Shown in pieces: positions 58,907-64,000 of a stretch of DNA of 64,000 nt. The notes below the pieces were generated by a model. That model did no database searches and was not told the DNA's origin. It saw only the letters and a program-made list of their open reading frames with translations. The translations under genes were made by a program, and so were the position numbers. Numbering within the stretch: the stretch's first letter is position 1; each line of letters starts with the position of its first letter. The DNA is from Pseudogymnoascus verrucosus (taxonomy: Eukaryota), in the NCBI GenBank assembly GCA_001662655.1, contig KV460209.1, one strand, 5' to 3'.

Positions 58907-60754
58907 AGGCTGAGATCTAGAACACCGCATGAATTTATTGGCGAGGAGAGACCGATAGGCTGGGCTACCCTAGTGGCTTGATCAGGTCCATATTATGGCG
59001 CATTACGAGGTTACGATACTATGGAGCGATTCGCATTTTTTAAACAATTTTACAGACCTATAGCTAGACTCGCACGTACACGAGATGAGGGCTAGCATAG
59101 GCGAGGGGAAGGCACGAGATACCAAGATGCAGTTTCCGTTTGCCCGCGAGCACAGCGAAGCTACGTGGGTCTGTTCTTGGCCCCTTTTAGGCTCGGAGAA
59201 TCTTTTTGGGAGCGGTGTCGCGGGTTTGAATTTGCTTCATGTTTGGCATGGGACGGGTGTGGACTTGCTTTTGGGCAGGACAACGGATGAACGGCGGTGT
59301 AGATATTTAGGGCTGGGGATAAACTTTTGGTTGGTGTATAAATGAGCGAAACAAATACAATAAACTCTTATTGCATCGTGGATCTGTCGCATTGATGTAT
59401 GGGCTTACGACTTGCGTACGTGCATTGTGCATTAACGGGGATGTGCCCCATGTAGATGAGCCAGTGTTTTGGGATTTGAGGAAACGGAACAATGCTTAGG
59501 CGTCGTTTGAAGGTTCTACATCGGCGAATTGCCGGGGTAGCACTGCTTGCGCGGACGCCAAGCCACGTCGTACGTATTGAAGAAATCCCATACTCGTCTC
59601 GATTCAGCATCAGGAGCTTACGACCAACTCCACAGATTCTTCTATCCCTCCTTGGAAGCTCTCCAACCATTGCGCGTAACCAAAGTTCAAACGCGGCACC
59701 TGAGGCCCTAACAAAGCCCTACCCGCCGCCGCGTCCTTTTGTCTCCGCTTAAACAGTCTGGCGCGCCACTCGCAAGGCGAAAGCCCAGCATGTGGAATCA
59801 ATAACACTCCCAGCGCCTCCGTTCGAGTGCCTGGTCGTCCTGTTGGACAGCCAGCCGGCGTGGTCTCGACCCCATAAAACATGTAGAAGCGTCAGCCAAG
59901 TCGTCTTACGCGGGGGAGGCATGCCTGGTTGGGTGTAGGCGATCGCCCCTCCCCCGATCGCTGCGACTCAGCCGGCGGCTGTTATTCGTGGAAGCCATAT
60001 ACTGACCATATACGTACCCTGGCAGTGGTGGCGGTCGAGACTCGTTTGGGGGACGTGGAGCTCGTGTGTGGGGCGCGCGAAGGGGGTTGAAACGCGCGGT
60101 TGTCCAATCGATCCTGCGTCCTGAAGGACCCCGAGACGATCAGTCGAGTGTACGTTGCTCCCTGAAAAGAACGTTTGGGCGAGTTTCGGGACAGGGTGAC
60201 TTTCTGGAATACTTTCAAAGCCATGCGTTGGGAGTGTGTTGGAGTCGTACCGCAACGCGTGGAAGGGTTGTACCTCCGTCTCAGGAGGGTCTCGATTTGC
60301 TCGATGCGGCGTCGAGGGAACGCGATGGGAGGATTCTACTGGGGCTCGGCACTGCTTCTCTACCCTCGTTCGTTGATACTTACTCAAGTTGCCGCAATGG
60401 CTGTCTGGTACCAACCCGTGCCTAGATCTTTGCGCCGTCTCCAGGTACTAGCTGAATCGTTCTGTCCTTTGGTCTTCATGTGGGGTCTAAAGTATTTGGT
60501 CTCTCTCTTTCCCACCTTCGTTTGTCTCTTTCGTTCCTGTCCTTCATCCCTCTCTCAACTCGCCTTCTCTGGAGCGGGCTCCCATCTTTTTTTACCCCCT
60601 TTCCCACGGTCTTCCCTTGTGGACTTGCATAGACCTCGTTCGTTTCGTTGTATAAATTTTTGGTTGTTTTTTGTATTCATTCTTAGCCACCTGGTGTGGT
60701 CTTTTTGTTCATTCTCTCCAACGGTTAGCTGCGTCTAGCCATTCAACCGCCACC

Positions 60755-62174
60755 ATGCATTCAAAACTCTACAGCCTCATCCTTGTCACCGTCTTTGCCG
60801 CCTTCGTTTTAGCCATCCCGACGCCCTCAACATCACGAATCCAAAAGCGTTCGTTCAAGGTTCACCGGAAACGAAACCCGGACTTCAAGGGATATGATGG
60901 ACCAACCCAGCTCATGAAGGCCTATCAAAAATTCGGCATGACTGTCCCCGAGGGACTGCACCTGTCCGTAGGGAGCCGTCATAGGAATGGCAAGAACCGT
61001 GGCGCTGGGAGAGGGAATGGCACCGCAACTGGAGCTGCCGCAGGGGCTGCAGCTGGCACCGCGGCTGGAAATAGCACTGCAGCTGCTAATGGAACTGTAC
61101 AAGCCGTTGCCCCCCAGGTAAGCGGCGTCGGCAGTGTCACCGCCACACCTGTCGAGCCCAATGACCTCGAGTACATAGCACCTGTTACCATTGGTGGACA
61201 GTTAATCGATATGAACTTCGACACCGGCTCCTCGGATCTATGGGTGTTCAACACGCAGCTAAGCGCACAGAGCAGCGCAGGCCACACTCTCTACGACCCC
61301 ACCAAGTCCCCAGACTTCAAGCTCATCCAAGGAGCCACATTCGATATCTCCTACGGTGACGGTTCTGGTGCTGCCGGCAACGTTGGCACCGACACTGTCG
61401 ACATTGGCGGAGCAACCGTGACCGGCCAGGCTATTGAGATGGCCACCGATGTCTCCGACTCCTTCATTCAGGACACCAACTCCAACGGGCTCGTCGGCCT
61501 CGGTTTCTCCAAAATTAACACCGTAAAGCCGCAAAAGCAGAAGACCTTCTTCGACAACGCCATGGCTACCCTCGCGGAGCCGATCTTCACTGCCGACCTC
61601 CGCCAGGACGCCGTTGGCGCTTACGAGTTCGGCAAGATCGACACCGCGCGCTTCACCGGCGACCTGACCTGGGCGCCTATCGACTCCTCGAACGGCTTCT
61701 GGGAGTTCACGTCGACGAAGTTCAGTGTTGGGAATGGGAAGGTACTTAACGCTATTGGGGGAACTGCGATTGCGGATACGGGAACCACGCTGATGCTCGT
61801 CGACGCCGCCATCGTCAATGCGTACTACAGCCAGGTCGCCGGCGCCGTGAACAACGCGCAGGTGGGCGGGATCACATTCCCGTGTGACTCGGTGCTTCCG
61901 GATCTGAACGTCGATGTTGGCGGGACGTACACGGCGACCATCGAGGGCAAGTTCATCAACTTCGCCCAGGTGAACGCAGATAGTGAGTTTTTCCTGATTT
62001 TTACAGAGAGTTTTTTTTGGACAGATTGCTAACTATTTTTTCCTTGTAGCTTGCTTTGGCGGTGTTCAGCCCACAACTGGTAATCTCCAGATCTACGGAG
62101 ATATCTTCTTCAAGTCGCAGTTCGTCGTCTTCAATGGCGGGAACAACACCATCGGCCTCGCGCCGCATGCTTAG
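60755..62174 (+). CDS. Secreted pepsin-like (A1) aspartic protease; exons 60755-61982, 62050-62174
   Basis: Signal peptide, KR dibasic site, [24 protein letters not shown] and spliced [20 protein letters not shown]. Confidence 0.95.
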
Positions 62175-62930
62175 AATATAGGGTTTTGAAAAACCCGATG
62201 TTAAGAGGCAGGAAAGAAATAGTAGGAGTTACATAGTGGAAAAGGGAAGCGGGAATGCATCACATGGAGCATGGCATAGGCTTGGAGTTTTGTGGTTGTG
62301 ACATTTGTCTGCACATATTACTTGGCGAGGAGTATGGGATTATAAAACCCTCCTTAGCAGTGTTAGAGAGAGGTAGAAAGAGAAAGAGAATTGAAGAGAT
62401 CAAACAATTTTTTAGAATCTGTTACTGCATTTTTGAGCGTGGTGGCGACTTTGTTGGCGAAGGGCGTTGATTTAGTGGTGGAGGAGTGGGGAGCGAGCGG
62501 GCCGTCCCGAGATGAGGTCTTGGGTTTGTCCCACCTTATGTTGAGTCTGGATGCCGCAGAACGGCTGATCTATATATCATGAATCATAAAAGGCATAAGT
62601 GTGAAGTCTGCCTTTTTTGGAATATAGTTTTTCTTTTGGCGCTAGGGTATTGGACACCTACCACACGGATGTCAGTTCGATCGTTTATAACAAAGCGGAT
62701 GTTGCGGAGCGGAATCTGAAGAATAATCCAGTGCAAACAATACCCAACCAGGCCAGTCGACATATAAGTTGTGAAGTTGTTGCTCTGATATGCTGCTTTC
62801 GTAAGTTCTCGCTATAATCGAGGTTGCGTATTCGCACAAGAACCTTATTGAGCTTCACGCATTACCTTGTTCCGTCTCGAGGACTTGTTCCGTCTCGATG
62901 AACCAGAGCTATGATTGGGTTTCACATATA

Positions 62931-63037
62931 CTCTTGCTGTCGCTTACTCTTGCTATCGCTTACTCTTGCTATCGCTTACTCTTGTTGTCACTTACTCTTG
63001 TTGTCGCTTGGTCCTTGTTATCACTTATACTCTTGCT
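62931..63037. repeat. 16-bp minisatellite (ctcttgYtRtcRctta), about 6 copies
   Basis: Units start at 62931, 62947, 62963, 62979 and 62995, followed by degenerate copies. Confidence 0.9.
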
Positions 63038-63729
63038 TCTGGTGAATCGCTAGAGCTCTCACGACTCCCACTATATGTCCAATGGCATCTGTTTTATCAC
63101 GGCGCCCCCTCCATTCCTCGTGTGGCAGTCCTGCCCAGTCCATAACTGCCTCTGTCAGCCCCAGAGACCCAGCCAAGTACATATGTCTTAAATATAACAG
63201 ACGAGGAAGGCCTTAATGTCCTTGAGTTTGTCGAGTACGACAGCAAAAAGGATGGAGACCATGATCCTTCACTTATTTATTAGAAGGTAAATCCATACCT
63301 GGAAACTCCCATTTATAGCATAACATAATTCCACGTCTTCGCTTTAGAACCATCCTTATTTATATGGCAAATGTATCGCACCATAGTGATGTTAATTAAT
63401 TAATTGTTATGGATAGCATCTATGTTATTGTCGTTACCGTATTGCCAAGCCTTCCATACAGGGAAGCATGTGGATCGTCGGGGCACCTGGCACTTCGCGT
63501 GCTCTCACGACCACATCACAACATGGCAAACTACGCCTAGGCTTGTAAGATAGCAAAGACTCCACTGTTATTGGTGAATTCGGGATTATAACAGTGGTTT
63601 TGGAATATTTCACTCTTTTGATTTACAGTGCGTCCGAAAAAAGAACCTTTGAAACATCACTGATCGTTCTCCAACAGATACACCCATTGGATATTTTTCA
63701 AGATCTAAGCAATTAACACGTCGGCGAAG

Positions 63730-64000
63730 ATGAATTCTCGCGCCTTTTGCGTACCCTCTCTCGTACGCTCGTTGAAGGGCCTCCTGACACGCTCACATCT
63801 GGGACAGAGTGCACGTGGTGCTCCAGGGCTCCATCCCTACAGCCGCCGTGCCATCCCTACTCGGGAGCTTACTGCAATAAGCGGACAACATTTGGTGAAT
63901 CCGAAAGAGCAGCAGGATGAGTTGTTCTCCTACACGTCTGGTCGTTACCTCTACAATTAGCAGCGCCGGCTGGCAGAGAGATATGTTGAGTTTAACATCG
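63730..64000 (+). pseudogene. 5' end of an APH/AIM9-like phosphotransferase-family gene with an in-frame stop; runs off the window
   Basis: DELFSYTSGRYLYN*QRRLAERYVEFNI; TAG at 63958-63960 falls inside the family's YTSGRxLxNExxRLxERYxxFN motif. Confidence 0.7.

Noticed and set aside
59085..60738. Several short overlapping ORFs upstream of the protease
   Set aside because: No coding-like composition, splice structure or motifs; consistent with a long promoter/5'UTR.
62866..62898. 15-bp direct repeat cttgttccgtctcga x2 (and 12-bp repeat at ~42866)
   Set aside because: Simple slippage duplications with no associated element.
62915..63145. 76-aa hydrophobic ORF
   Set aside because: It is a translation of the 16-bp minisatellite and has a non-ATG start.
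63190..63290. Possible coding relic (YTDEEGLNVLEFVEYDSKKDG..)
   Set aside because: Too short, interrupted by a stop, and no family recognised.

Overview
Gene-dense DNA from a filamentous ascomycete fungus: short GT..AG introns with CTAAC/CTGAC-type branch sites, and Pezizomycotina-type proteins. About 27 coding loci are supported. Most are conserved housekeeping genes: a PAQR/IZH receptor, RQT4/ASC-1, an Egt2-like PLP lyase, an HST3/4 sirtuin, HIS2, a DHA1 MFS transporter, EMW1, UFE1, aspartate aminotransferase, BOS1, THI80, SPF1, LAT1, SEC7, MET8, PEP7, YVC1, a Whi5/Nrm1-like protein and a secreted aspartic protease. Between them lie small lineage-specific islands, including an intronless bacterial-looking SxxK serine hydrolase, orphan ORFs and a stop-disrupted phosphotransferase. 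I saw no rRNA, tRNA, CRISPR/cas system or intact transposon. The most unusual unexplained structure is four separate intergenic tandem arrays (2558, 19969, 25367, 37081) that all have a 28-bp period. Their monomers carry a degenerate odd-length palindrome, and three of them share a TAYAGT-N-ACTRTA-like core. All gene names come from motif recognition by eye, not database searches, and exon boundaries were inferred manually.
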